DNA from: a virus
Taxonomy: Duplodnaviria > Heunggongvirae > Uroviricota > Caudoviricetes
Reading direction: 5' to 3' (one strand)
Virus record (IMG/VR): IMGVR_UViG_3300044296_000239
DNA length: 25,944 nt
Part shown: piece after piece, positions 1 to 8,834 of the stretch
How the letters are laid out: the number at the start of each line of letters is the position of its first letter
Position numbering within the stretch: the first letter of the stretch is position 1
The notes under the pieces: model-generated
The model's input: only the letters and a program-made list of their open reading frames with translations
The model's database searches: none
Told to the model about the DNA's origin: nothing
Translations under genes and position numbers: made by a program

Positions 1-93
1 TCTTGGATGTGCATTTTTCAAATAAGTATAATATATTGATGGATCTTCTGTAAATTGTGGATATCCAAATGAAATAATTTTATCAAAATTCAT
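1..93 (-). CDS. Hypothetical protein, N-terminal 31 aa only (runs off the window edge)
   Basis: ATG at 93-91 preceded by AAGGA (ttgaacaaggatttaacATG). The frame is open to position 1 (MNFDKIISFGYPQFTEDPSIYYTYLKNAHPR). Not in the supplied ORF track because it is truncated. Confidence 0.55.
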   Translation of the reverse strand, partial: MNFDKIISFGYPQFTEDPSIYYTYLKNAHPR

Positions 94-103
94 GTTAAAT
101 CCT

Positions 104-141
104 TGTTCAAAAAATAAAGGGAGATTAGTAATCTCCCTTTA
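104..141 (-). terminator. Probable Rho-independent terminator
   Basis: Inverted repeat taaagggagatta (115-127) / taatctcccttta (129-141). On the minus strand the stem is followed by a T-rich tail (tttatttttt), about 20 nt downstream of the 175-aa gene stop. Confidence 0.8.
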
Positions 142-162
142 TATATGCTTTATAATTTTAAT

Positions 163-690
163 TTATTTTGTTGGAACTGTCCATCTACCAGCTTCAATAT
201 CAGCGTGCAGATCTAATGCCATTTGTCGCATATCAATATATGAACCATATACACCAGTTTGACGTTCAGCTTCTTCTAAGATAAGCTTACAACGACGAAC
301 GATTTCAGCATTACATGCATTTACATAGTCTGGATCATCTTTAGGGAAAATAGCTTTAATTTTCTCTTGTTCATTTGCCCAAATAGCCAAAGGATCTTGT
401 TCACCAGATTTTTGTGCATGATATAGACGATCTAATTGCGCACCGATTTCTCCATAGTGAACTCTACGTGCGACATTATATTCAGTACCTGGAATTGTTG
501 GAGCAATCCATTCACGTGTATCTGGATTTCGTTTCCAATCACGTGAATCAACTTCATCTGGACATGCAATCCATTCAAAGTTTTCGTGTACTTCGAAGCA
601 ATCATCAACTGATGCAACTACTTCATGAACACGCTGTGAACCATCTGGAGACAGCGGTTCTGTTTTAAAAATTAATGCAAATTTACTCAC
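163..690 (-). CDS. Putative tail-fibre assembly/chaperone-like protein (175 aa)
   Basis: GTG start with a GGAG SD inside the end of the upstream gene. Contains YNVARRVHYGEIGAQLDRLYH...W...IKAIFPK, matching the recurrent 'R..xY..IGxQLDxLYH...W...K...PK' pattern of small fibre-associated proteins in T4-like marine/freshwater phages (recalled pattern, not searched). Confidence 0.6.
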   Translation of the reverse strand: MSKFALIFKTEPLSPDGSQRVHEVVASVDDCFEVHENFEWIACPDEVDSRDWKRNPDTREWIAPTIPGTEYNVARRVHYGEIGAQLDRLYHAQKSGEQDPLAIWANEQEKIKAIFPKDDPDYVNACNAEIVRRCKLILEEAERQTGVYGSYIDMRQMALDLHADIEAGRWTVPTK

Positions 691-695
691 GTTTA

Positions 696-2318
696 TTACT
701 CCTGATTATTGTAATAATGTTGTTTTAACCATTGATAATGAGTTGGAAGTTTATCAAGTGAAAGTTGTAATTCTTTTACGTGATTTTCCCAATCTTCTCT
801 TACTTTCTTTAAATTATAACCTCTATTTATATTAAAACGCTGCGCTTCATCATCAATCCATCTTTTGGAAAGAGGGTTATAACCATGCCCTGCAGCAATA
901 TAAATTATACCACCTTGATCCGGTCCATATGTATGATTAACTAGATTTCTATAAGATAAGTCAGCATATGGATTACGAATTAAAGCTTGCCATTCTATCA
1001 TACTTGGAGAATATGTAAATTCTTGGGTTACATGCTTCCAGTATGGTGTATCATCACGAACAGATAATGCATAATGTAATGAAATAAATTCTTTAAATCC
1101 TTTAGTTTGATCAAATAATGCAAAGTTAAATGCATCGATATCATATTGATTAACTTTACCATCTCGCATATCAAGTGTATCAATTAACTTCATGATAGCT
1201 TCATGCGTTAACATTAATCCAGTAGATTCTAATGGTTCAATAAATCCATTAGCAAGACCTACACCTACTACATTTTTAATCCACGAACGTTTATGACATC
1301 CATGTTTAATCTTTATATGTCTAAATTCTGCTTGTTCAGCACGCTCTTTAGATCCTTCTCCAACATAATCCATTCTATCTGAAGCTAAATGTTTTCGAAA
1401 TTGCGCTTCTGCTTCTTCTTTAGTTGCAAACTTTGAAGAATAGACATAACCAGTACCGATTCTATTATATAATGGAATATTCCATACCCAACCAGCATCG
1501 ATACCAGTACAATTTGTAACGCTTGACATTTCCTTATCTTTATCTAAATAAGGAATAACAGTTGCAATAGCGCTATCATTCATTAGTGTATCATGAAAAG
1601 AAACAAATTCTGCTCCCATTGCGCCTTCTAATAACATCGATTTAAAACCTGTACAATCAATGTATAAATCGGCTTTTAAAACACCATTAGTAGCAGTTGT
1701 TACACCTGTTACGTAATCATCTTCATTTTGTATAACACCTGTTACATCATCAACTATATGCTTTACACCTTCAGGTATACAAATATTATTTTTTAAGTAT
1801 TGACCAAACAATGCCGCATCCATATGATATGCAGTGTCAAACTTAAAATTAAATCCACGAATTACATGATCTTCATTTTTTGTAAATTTCAATTGATTTG
1901 CCATAATGACATGATCATGATAAAATTCAGCAAAATTTTCTGGTGGAATTGATTGGTCTTCTAATTGCATATAGAACCAATCCATTGTTCCACGCTCTTT
2001 ATCAGTTAAATCAAATACTCCAAATGGATAGTGAAAAGTATTTGGTTTTTCATTTTTTTCTCTAAAGTCAGTAAAGCGAATAGATGTTTTATATGTTGCA
2101 TTACATTGCGGCATCCATTCATGATCTTTATCTTTTAAACCAATAGCCATCATATAGCTATTAATTTGTCCGATAGTAGACTCTCCTACTCCAATAGTTG
2201 GAACTCTATCAGACTCAACTAAAGTAATATCGATATGTGGTAATTGTTTTTTGAGGGCCGCTGCCGTCATCCAACCAGAACTACCACCACCAACAATCAA
2301 AACACTTTTAATGTGCAT
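696..2318 (-). CDS. Flavin-dependent halogenase, tryptophan halogenase (PrnA/RebH) family (540 aa)
   Basis: N-terminal FAD motif IVGGGSSGWMTAA; GVGEST; CNATYK (position of the catalytic Lys); WxWxIP motif GWVWNIPL; FIEPLESTG motif. AAGGA SD. Confidence 0.9.
   Translation of the reverse strand: MHIKSVLIVGGGSSGWMTAAALKKQLPHIDITLVESDRVPTIGVGESTIGQINSYMMAIGLKDKDHEWMPQCNATYKTSIRFTDFREKNEKPNTFHYPFGVFDLTDKERGTMDWFYMQLEDQSIPPENFAEFYHDHVIMANQLKFTKNEDHVIRGFNFKFDTAYHMDAALFGQYLKNNICIPEGVKHIVDDVTGVIQNEDDYVTGVTTATNGVLKADLYIDCTGFKSMLLEGAMGAEFVSFHDTLMNDSAIATVIPYLDKDKEMSSVTNCTGIDAGWVWNIPLYNRIGTGYVYSSKFATKEEAEAQFRKHLASDRMDYVGEGSKERAEQAEFRHIKIKHGCHKRSWIKNVVGVGLANGFIEPLESTGLMLTHEAIMKLIDTLDMRDGKVNQYDIDAFNFALFDQTKGFKEFISLHYALSVRDDTPYWKHVTQEFTYSPSMIEWQALIRNPYADLSYRNLVNHTYGPDQGGIIYIAAGHGYNPLSKRWIDDEAQRFNINRGYNLKKVREDWENHVKELQLSLDKLPTHYQWLKQHYYNNQE
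824..831 (-). promoter_or_regulatory. Possible T4-type late promoter TATAAATA inside the 3' end of the halogenase gene
   Basis: Exact TATAAATA on the minus strand 134 nt upstream of the 175-aa start. Intragenic and in AT-rich DNA, so it may be chance. Confidence 0.3.
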
Positions 2319-2350
2319 TACAAAAATCCTTCAATGATAAAAAAAAATAA

Positions 2351-3013
2351 TTAATTATAGTTATATACTATACAAATTCCAGATGCACCATATGCACCGC
2401 GTGAATGATTAACGTGTTCACCACAGCCACCAGCTCCTGGAGGAACATGTCCTTCATGTTGATGTGAGAAGTGATGATTTGGCCAACCTGAGAATTTAGA
2501 ACCACCAAAGAATGATGCACCACCACGTCCTCCACGGTTATCATGTCCTGAAGCACCGCCGCCACGAAGGTTAATATCTCCACCAGAACCTACACCACCG
2601 TGACCTCCACAATGACCCCAAACACTATTAGCACCTTGACCACCAGTGGCAGACAAATAACTGCCAAATGATGTAGTACCACCAGTGCCGGCACCGTCGT
2701 TTGAGTGAGCTCCGCTACCTTGTCCACCAATTGTAATACTAACGTTAGTGCCTACAGCCCAACTAGATACATCGATTCGTTTTTCAGAATATCCACCAGC
2801 ACCGCCAGATTGACCATGACCACTACCACCACCGCCTCCGCCACAAAGCATAACACGTATACTTCTACAACCTGCTTGTTTTGTCCATGTTCCGTTACCA
2901 GTCCATGTTTGGATGTTCATCAATTGACCAACATCATCATTCGAATCATATTTAGTAGATTGAGTTGATGAATTTGGAAAAGTGACAGTTGTTTGACCTA
3001 ATTTTACTGACAT
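2351..3013 (-). CDS. Glycine-rich tail/adhesin-like protein, paralog 3 (220 aa)
   Basis: N-terminus MSVKLGQTTVTFPNSSTQ; TWTKQAGCRSIRVMLCGGGGGG; repeated Gly tracts; C-terminal G.CIVYNY. Gly-rich (polyglycine-II type) phage tail domain. Confidence 0.8.
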   Translation of the reverse strand: MSVKLGQTTVTFPNSSTQSTKYDSNDDVGQLMNIQTWTGNGTWTKQAGCRSIRVMLCGGGGGGSGHGQSGGAGGYSEKRIDVSSWAVGTNVSITIGGQGSGAHSNDGAGTGGTTSFGSYLSATGGQGANSVWGHCGGHGGVGSGGDINLRGGGASGHDNRGGRGGASFFGGSKFSGWPNHHFSHQHEGHVPPGAGGCGEHVNHSRGAYGASGICIVYNYN

Positions 3014-3967
3014 ATTAATCTCTTCTTAACTATAATTATATACGATGCAGCAACCTTGAACACCATAAGCACCTCTAGAGTGTGATGTCCATTCTCCTGA
3101 TCCTCCAGTACCTGGAGCACAGTGATTTAAACCTTCTGACCAATGCGAATAGAAATTTCCACCATGGTGACCAGATACATTAGCACCACCAAAATATCCT
3201 TCTCCACCTTTTGATTGTCCTTGATCTCCGTGTGATCTTCCACCGCCACCGTGTAAGTTAATATCTCCACCAGAACCTACACCACCATGACCACCGGTAT
3301 GTGAACCCCAAGTATTAGCTCCATTGCCACCAGAGGCAGATAGATAACCACCAAATGATGTAGTACCTCCTCCGCCGCAACCTTGATGATAACCACGACC
3401 ATCACCAGCACCACCAATAGTTACTGTTACTGATGTGACGTTTGTAACGTCAATAACTTTTTCAGCAAATCCACCACCACCACCAGCTTCACAGTGACCA
3501 CAACCGCCGCCACCGCCACCAATAACTTGAACTAAAATTCTTCTACAACCGGCTGGTCTATTCCAAGTAGTACTACTAGTCCAAAAGTCAACCCTTAGAA
3601 TTTTACCTTTGTCTAAAGATGTATCGTATTTACTAGTTTGTACTGAAGAGTCATTATAAGTTAATCCAGTTTGACCTAATTTTACTGTCATTTTATTCCT
3701 CTTCTATTATTAAGCGTAACTGTAGACAACAACCATGCCATCTGATCCATAAGCACCGCGTCCATGATTTGTAATCCAATTACCAGCTCCTCCACCACCA
3801 GGTGCAGTATGGTTTGTACCTTCAGCGTAGTGCGGACGATAGCTGTGGTGATTACCAAAAGATCCACCACCAAAATATCCTGTGCCACCCTGTGAAGCAG
3901 CTTCATTATCATGTCCATGACCACCACCACCACGAAGGTTAATATCTCCGCCGGAACCTACACCGCC
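2570..3967. repeat. 30-bp block shared by the three Gly-rich paralogs (2570-2599, 3257-3286, 3938-3967)
   Basis: gttaatatctccaccagaacctacaccacc is identical in the first two copies. The third has 3 synonymous third-position changes. Encodes GGVGSGGDIN. Confidence 0.85.
3026..3691 (-). CDS. Glycine-rich tail/adhesin-like protein, paralog 2 (221 aa)
   Basis: Colinear with its neighbours: MTVKLGQTG, TWNRPAGCRRILVQVIGGGGGG, GGHGGVGSGGDINLHGGG, RGAYG, CIVYNY. Confidence 0.8.
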   Translation of the reverse strand: MTVKLGQTGLTYNDSSVQTSKYDTSLDKGKILRVDFWTSSTTWNRPAGCRRILVQVIGGGGGGCGHCEAGGGGGFAEKVIDVTNVTSVTVTIGGAGDGRGYHQGCGGGGTTSFGGYLSASGGNGANTWGSHTGGHGGVGSGGDINLHGGGGRSHGDQGQSKGGEGYFGGANVSGHHGGNFYSHWSEGLNHCAPGTGGSGEWTSHSRGAYGVQGCCIVYNYS

Positions 3968-4381
3968 ATGACCGCCAGAATGACCCCAGTTTGTATTAGC
4001 ACCTTGACCACCGGAAGCACTTACATATGAACCAAATGACGATGTTCCGCCACTACCACAGCCCTGGAAATAGTTACGACCATCACCAGCAGAACCAATA
4101 CTTACTGATACAGCTGTATTAGTTGCCCAACCTGAAGTATCAATCCACTTTTCAGCGAATCCGCCAGCACCGCCCGATTCAGTGTGACCACAACCACCTC
4201 CACCTGCGCCAACTACTAATACACGAATCTGGCGTGTACCAGCTGGTTTATACCAAGTACTACTGCCAGTATATGTTGCAATTTGTAATAATCCACCGCT
4301 ATCATCGTTCGAATCAAATCGCTGGATTTGTACTGTACCATCTGGGTATTCAACCCCAGTTTGTGTTAAACGAACTGTCAT
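3710..4381 (-). CDS. Glycine-rich tail/adhesin-like protein, paralog 1 (223 aa)
   Basis: MTVRLTQTGVEYPDGTVQ, TWYKPAGTRQIRVLVVGAGGGG, GGHGGVGSGGDINLRGGG, RGAYG. Starts 2 nt after the long fibre stop (TAATAATG). Confidence 0.8.
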   Translation of the reverse strand: MTVRLTQTGVEYPDGTVQIQRFDSNDDSGGLLQIATYTGSSTWYKPAGTRQIRVLVVGAGGGGCGHTESGGAGGFAEKWIDTSGWATNTAVSVSIGSAGDGRNYFQGCGSGGTSSFGSYVSASGGQGANTNWGHSGGHGGVGSGGDINLRGGGGHGHDNEAASQGGTGYFGGGSFGNHHSYRPHYAEGTNHTAPGGGGAGNWITNHGRGAYGSDGMVVVYSYA

Positions 4382-4383
4382 TA

Positions 4384-7300
4384 TTATGCTCCAACTTTTG
4401 CACGAAGAGCTTTAACTTCCTCTTGTAATTCCTTAATACCTTGGATTAATAGAGGAACAAGCTTTTCATAATTAACTGCTAAATATCCATTATCACGCTT
4501 AACAACAACTTCTGGTTGTACAGCTTGAATTTCCTGAGCGATAACACCAACATCGTGTGCTTCACCTTTATCTGCTTCTGGTTTCCAATTAAATGTGTAA
4601 CCACCAATCTGAGCAATCTTATCTAATGCACCAGCGATAGGTGTAATATTAGTTTTTAGATCGCGGTCAGAAGAATACCAAGCAGTAATATCATTACCGA
4701 AGAATGAAGCGTTCTGGACATATAAACCACCAGTAATACCAACACCACCAGAAACCTTTAATGCACCCGTTGTATAACTTGATGTTGCTGTACCAGAGCC
4801 TAAACTTACATCGCCAGCAAAACTACCTGCACCACCAAAGGAAGATGCACCTGTACCACTGAATACTGCTGCACCAGTAGATGTAACTGAACCACCAGCA
4901 TAAATTGCACCGCAATCAAATACAGCCTTTGTTGTGTTAGCAAATGTGATAGTAGTACTTGGTTTATTATATACTTGATATGCTGTAAATAGTTTATAAC
5001 GACCATCAATGTGATCACGCGCTAAACCAGCATAACGTAAACCATTAACAAATGTATTTAATGTAGCAGTACCACCAATTAAACCACCAGTAAATGTTCC
5101 ACCAACTTTTGTTACTGTAATGTTGTTCGCATCAACAATTGTAATTGTTGTATATGTACCATTATATGATGTTTGATTTGTTACACCGCTAATAGTAATT
5201 GTGTCTTTAGATTGAGCACCATGGCCAACTTTATAGATGTTTACAGTTGCTCCTGAAGTAGTAATAGTGGCTCCGGATAGTGCTGCAGATGTATATGAAT
5301 CTGCTGCTGCGCGATAAGAACCAACTGCGCCTAAATCAACTAGATCTGAAGAGTTACCATCACCTGAGAAGATAAGAGGATCAGAAACAGCTAAGTTTTG
5401 TGATGTAACAGTTGTTGAACCACCAGCAATAACAATCGTACCTTGAATTGTTGTATCACCAACAATATTAACAGAACCACCAACGTTTAAATTACCTTGT
5501 AGACCGATACCACCTTGAACACGTAACGCACCAGTTGTTGTACTTGTTGATTGACTTGTTGAATAAATTTCAACACCAGGTTGATGTCCTGAGCGTGATG
5601 TACCAATAATACGCATTCTTTCAAATGAGCTATTAGCAAAACCACCCGTTGAGAACACGATATCATTCATTGTACCATAACCAGATGTAGATAAGTATAA
5701 ATTACCTTTTTCATCTGTAGAACCAGCCTTAGCTGACATAAAAATGTAGCCGTCGCCTTTGCTTGTTACTCCATAGCTTGGATCGTTATAATTCTCAGAA
5801 CAAATACCCATATCAATCCAACCTGAAGTATTATCGCCCTTAGACGAATAAAGGATCAAGTCAGTAGAAGCTGATGCACCAGTATTAAAATTCTTTAATG
5901 CCATCTGAACAAAGTCATTAGCATTGCCTGTCATGATAGCAGATGCATTTGTTATACCAGTATAACCAGTATATGAATAGTTATCTTCGGTTAAACGCTT
6001 AGCATTCGAACCCTGAGTAATCATACCCATTTCAGCGCGAAGATCACCTTTAGTAATGATGTTACCTTGAACACCAAGACCACCAGTAATACGTAAAGCT
6101 CCTTGATCATATGCTTCAGCAACAGAATCTAGGTAGATTTCAACACCTGGTTCTATTGTTTTACCAGTTGGTATACCAGTAGATGCTTGAATTTCTGGAC
6201 GAGCTGTACCAATAAGCTTCATCTTAATCTGCGAAGCATCAAAACCACCAGTAAAGAATGTAATATCATTATGAGCACCATTACCACCGGTACCAATAAC
6301 TAAGTCACCATTACCGGTTGTGCCAACAGGAGCATTACAGAATAAGTAACCATCATTATTCTTAGTTACTGTCCAGTCTGGAGAACCATAACCAGAAGAT
6401 GTGATACCCATATCCATCCAACCGGATTCATTATCACCATTATCAGCATAAACGATCAAGTCAGTAGAAGCTGCGCTACCGTTATTTGTATTCTTAAGAG
6501 CGAATTGAACGAAGTCATCAGCATTTTTAACGAATACACCAGATGCATTAGTAATACCTTTATATGCAGTTGGTGTTCTTAACTGAACATTTAAATCACC
6601 TGCATTACCTAACCATACTGCAGATGTGCCGGTTAAACCAGCCACGTTCATAGTAATAAATCTAGAAGTGGTGTTAATACTTGCAATAGTAAAAGTACTA
6701 TTTGCAACAGTATTAGGATCTGGAAGACCAGAGATAGTGACAGACCAACCAATTGCAGCACTAGCTAATTGTGAACCAGCTGAATAATTAAATTTCAATA
6801 CACCAGGAGTTTTAGATGCTGATGTAATTTGTGTAGAGATATCGTAAATGCCAACGTCTACTTCTAAACTTTGTGCATTGTTTCCCTGATAAACTTCACC
6901 TTGAACAATATGAGCATTGCCGCTAACTGTTAAATCGCCTGGAATATTAACACTAGTTTTCCAAGCTGGAATTCCAGTAGTACTATCTACTTGAAGAACA
7001 GCATCACTACCACCAACTGGTAAACGAACTGCTCCGCTAGTACCATATGTTGGTAAATCGCCTTTAGTTGTAATTACTGATGAATCTGAACCCTGAACAA
7101 GATTTTGCCAATATGTTTCAGAGATATCATTAGAAGGATCATGATTTGTATGTGTTTGCTTAGCACTATAAGAAGAAGATGCTTTCTTAACTACATCACC
7201 TGGATGATATGTTGTTGATGATGACCAAGCTCCGCGTTGACGCAATCCATATACAAAGATACCCCAAGATGTAGTATCTGTTTCTGGAGAAGCATTAGTA

Positions 7301-7758
7301 TTATCTTGCTTAGCTAGATATGTGTAACCACCATAACGAACGATATCACCTACTTGATACGCAGCTGAAGAAGACCAATCGCCTTCTAATTCAACACCAT
7401 TAACAAAGTTATCCCAATTACCAACATCTTGATCTGCTAAGAAATCTGCACCAGCAGTGTTACCATTAATACAGATATATGAATCAGAACCAAACTTAAC
7501 TACATCACCTACCTTGTAGTATGTGCCAGTTGTCCATAGTCCTTGCCATGAAATACCATCAGTCATCAACTCCCATTTGAATGGAGCTGTTTCGAGAGCA
7601 GTATAAAAGCTCTCATCATTTGAACCTGATGTGTGTGCGCCTGTACAAACATATGACTTTCCGCCAAAACGAACTACATCGTCCTTAACGTAAGCTTGGC
7701 CAGTTTGCCATTCGCCCTTCCACCAGAACTTTAGTCTACCAAGTTTAAATTCTGCCAT
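4384..7758 (-). CDS. Long tail fibre with N-terminal carbohydrate-binding-like repeats and C-terminal intramolecular chaperone (peptidase S74) (1124 aa)
   Basis: MAEFKLGRLKFWWKGEW start; four W-x5-Y-x3-D-[VI]-V repeats; ~200-aa internal duplication; C-terminal SDRDLK...GVIAQE...VNYEKLVPLLIQGIKEL (4387-4671) with Ser and Lys(+5) of the auto-cleavage dyad retained. Confidence 0.88.
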   Translation of the reverse strand: MAEFKLGRLKFWWKGEWQTGQAYVKDDVVRFGGKSYVCTGAHTSGSNDESFYTALETAPFKWELMTDGISWQGLWTTGTYYKVGDVVKFGSDSYICINGNTAGADFLADQDVGNWDNFVNGVELEGDWSSSAAYQVGDIVRYGGYTYLAKQDNTNASPETDTTSWGIFVYGLRQRGAWSSSTTYHPGDVVKKASSSYSAKQTHTNHDPSNDISETYWQNLVQGSDSSVITTKGDLPTYGTSGAVRLPVGGSDAVLQVDSTTGIPAWKTSVNIPGDLTVSGNAHIVQGEVYQGNNAQSLEVDVGIYDISTQITSASKTPGVLKFNYSAGSQLASAAIGWSVTISGLPDPNTVANSTFTIASINTTSRFITMNVAGLTGTSAVWLGNAGDLNVQLRTPTAYKGITNASGVFVKNADDFVQFALKNTNNGSAASTDLIVYADNGDNESGWMDMGITSSGYGSPDWTVTKNNDGYLFCNAPVGTTGNGDLVIGTGGNGAHNDITFFTGGFDASQIKMKLIGTARPEIQASTGIPTGKTIEPGVEIYLDSVAEAYDQGALRITGGLGVQGNIITKGDLRAEMGMITQGSNAKRLTEDNYSYTGYTGITNASAIMTGNANDFVQMALKNFNTGASASTDLILYSSKGDNTSGWIDMGICSENYNDPSYGVTSKGDGYIFMSAKAGSTDEKGNLYLSTSGYGTMNDIVFSTGGFANSSFERMRIIGTSRSGHQPGVEIYSTSQSTSTTTGALRVQGGIGLQGNLNVGGSVNIVGDTTIQGTIVIAGGSTTVTSQNLAVSDPLIFSGDGNSSDLVDLGAVGSYRAAADSYTSAALSGATITTSGATVNIYKVGHGAQSKDTITISGVTNQTSYNGTYTTITIVDANNITVTKVGGTFTGGLIGGTATLNTFVNGLRYAGLARDHIDGRYKLFTAYQVYNKPSTTITFANTTKAVFDCGAIYAGGSVTSTGAAVFSGTGASSFGGAGSFAGDVSLGSGTATSSYTTGALKVSGGVGITGGLYVQNASFFGNDITAWYSSDRDLKTNITPIAGALDKIAQIGGYTFNWKPEADKGEAHDVGVIAQEIQAVQPEVVVKRDNGYLAVNYEKLVPLLIQGIKELQEEVKALRAKVGA
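5480..6570 (-). repeat. Internal tandem duplication (~190-200 aa unit) in the long fibre; end points approximate
   Basis: GITNAS...DFVQ.ALKN.N.G..ASTDLI.Y...GDN.SGW.DMGI...PGVEIY...GALR..GG.G.QGN occurs twice. The 20-mer gatcaagtcagtagaagctg is identical at 5854-5873 and 6454-6473 (offset exactly 600 nt). Confidence 0.9.
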
Positions 7759-7786
7759 GTTTGGTCCTCGTTACCTTGTATTATTT

Positions 7787-7795
7787 TATTTATTA
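7787..7795 (-). promoter_or_regulatory. Possible late promoter variant TAATAAATA upstream of the long fibre gene
   Basis: One mismatch to TATAAATA, overlapping the stop of the upstream gene, about 30 nt before the ATG at 7758 (GAGGA SD in between). Confidence 0.4.
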
Positions 7796-8161
7796 GACAT
7801 CGGTTGGATAGTTTCTGTCAGCACCAACTGATGCTACAAATTCGCCATTTTCGTCGATGTAGTACGAAATTTTAACTCTATCAATACGCCACTGTTGATA
7901 ATATAACGCCTCTTCTGGATTAGAAGCATCTGTATCATAAAGTTCTCTTTGATTAAAAAATTCATGAAATGGAATTGGTGAAAATCCACCATCGCGTGTT
8001 AAAGGTTCAGAATACAAACGAACTGTATCATTTGGATTCTTAATATCTGCTGAACCTAGCCAAAGAGTTCCCTCTTCATCACGACGAAGACCATAGTAAT
8101 AACGTGGTCTTTCATCTAGGTTTGCAAAACCTTCAGCACTAGCGCCAATTACATGAGACAT
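7793..8161 (-). CDS. Conserved hypothetical phage virion-region protein (122 aa)
   Basis: AGGA SD; RYYYGLRRDEEG...YQQWRID...SYYIDENGEFV pattern recalled from T4-like environmental phage tail regions. Confidence 0.7.
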   Translation of the reverse strand: MSHVIGASAEGFANLDERPRYYYGLRRDEEGTLWLGSADIKNPNDTVRLYSEPLTRDGGFSPIPFHEFFNQRELYDTDASNPEEALYYQQWRIDRVKISYYIDENGEFVASVGADRNYPTDV

Positions 8162-8186
8162 TTTTTAATTTCCTATTTTACTTATT

Positions 8187-8528
8187 TTATGTGTAAGTAA
8201 TTACAACTAAACTTAAAAGTGCATCAATGCCAGCATCCCAACTTGACACAACCTTTATAGTATTATTTGGCGCAAGAAGTAATTTTTCTCCGCCATTAAT
8301 AACTCTTAAGCTACTCTTAGGTGCAACTAAGACATCTTTAATGAAATAACCTTCATTACCATCTGCATCAACTACTGTAACTGAAACATATACACCTGTC
8401 TCAACAATGTTGCAAAGACTTAAACCAACTAAAGCAGCTTTTTGATTAGATGCAGTTGATGCTAAAACTACTGGAGTTCTACCAACATCTGGATGTACTT
8501 TATTTGTAATATTACTTACTGATGCCAT
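8187..8528 (-). CDS. Small beta-rich virion-region protein (113 aa)
   Basis: VGLSLCNI...VSVTVV...YFIKDVLVAPKSSLRVINGGEKLLLAPNNTIKV; same general pattern as the 119-aa protein at 13764-14123. Confidence 0.7.
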   Translation of the reverse strand: MASVSNITNKVHPDVGRTPVVLASTASNQKAALVGLSLCNIVETGVYVSVTVVDADGNEGYFIKDVLVAPKSSLRVINGGEKLLLAPNNTIKVVSSWDAGIDALLSLVVITYT

Positions 8529-8535
8529 TTATTTA

Positions 8536-8817
8536 TTATCCAAAAATGATAGCTTGTACAAGTGCAATTTCTTCAGCACCTGAAGCATTGACCGCATCAC
8601 CAGCTTGTGCAGCTGATTGCCATTCATTGTTCGTATTAAAAATTTCAACAACTCCGCGATCTGAGTTTAAACGAATCGTTCCTGGAATTGCTGCTGGAAG
8701 ACCTGCTGTACCAGGACGATCTCCATCAAAACCTGTTGGAATAACAAATTGACGACCTGGTTTTTGATCGATAACCAGGTCATCTTTAACTATAAATGCT
8801 TGTTCTTTTGTAGCCAT
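8536..8817 (-). CDS. Small tail-fibre-module protein (93 aa)
   Basis: IPTGFDGDRPG...PGTIRLNSDRGVVEIF...W is the 'xPxG....RP.....G.IRFN.....E.y....W' fibre module also present in the 463-aa protein. Ends ALVQAIIFG. TATAAATA lies just upstream. Confidence 0.7.
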   Translation of the reverse strand: MATKEQAFIVKDDLVIDQKPGRQFVIPTGFDGDRPGTAGLPAAIPGTIRLNSDRGVVEIFNTNNEWQSAAQAGDAVNASGAEEIALVQAIIFG

Positions 8818-8822
8818 AGCTC

Positions 8823-8830
8823 TATTTATA
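8823..8830 (-). promoter_or_regulatory. T4-type late promoter TATAAATA
   Basis: Exact consensus in the intergenic gap, 5 nt before the ATG at 8817. Confidence 0.7.
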
Positions 8831-8834
8831 TCTC

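Noticed and set aside
2339-2347. T9 run (minus strand) between the Gly-rich gene and the halogenase as a terminator or phase-variable tract
   Set aside because: No upstream stem was found, and the run is non-coding and AT-rich, so no function can be supported.
2351-4381. Diversity-generating retroelement or invertase-type switching among the three paralogs
   Set aside because: No reverse transcriptase or recombinase in the window, no adenine-specific template/variable repeat pair and no inverted orientation. Differences are ordinary divergence.
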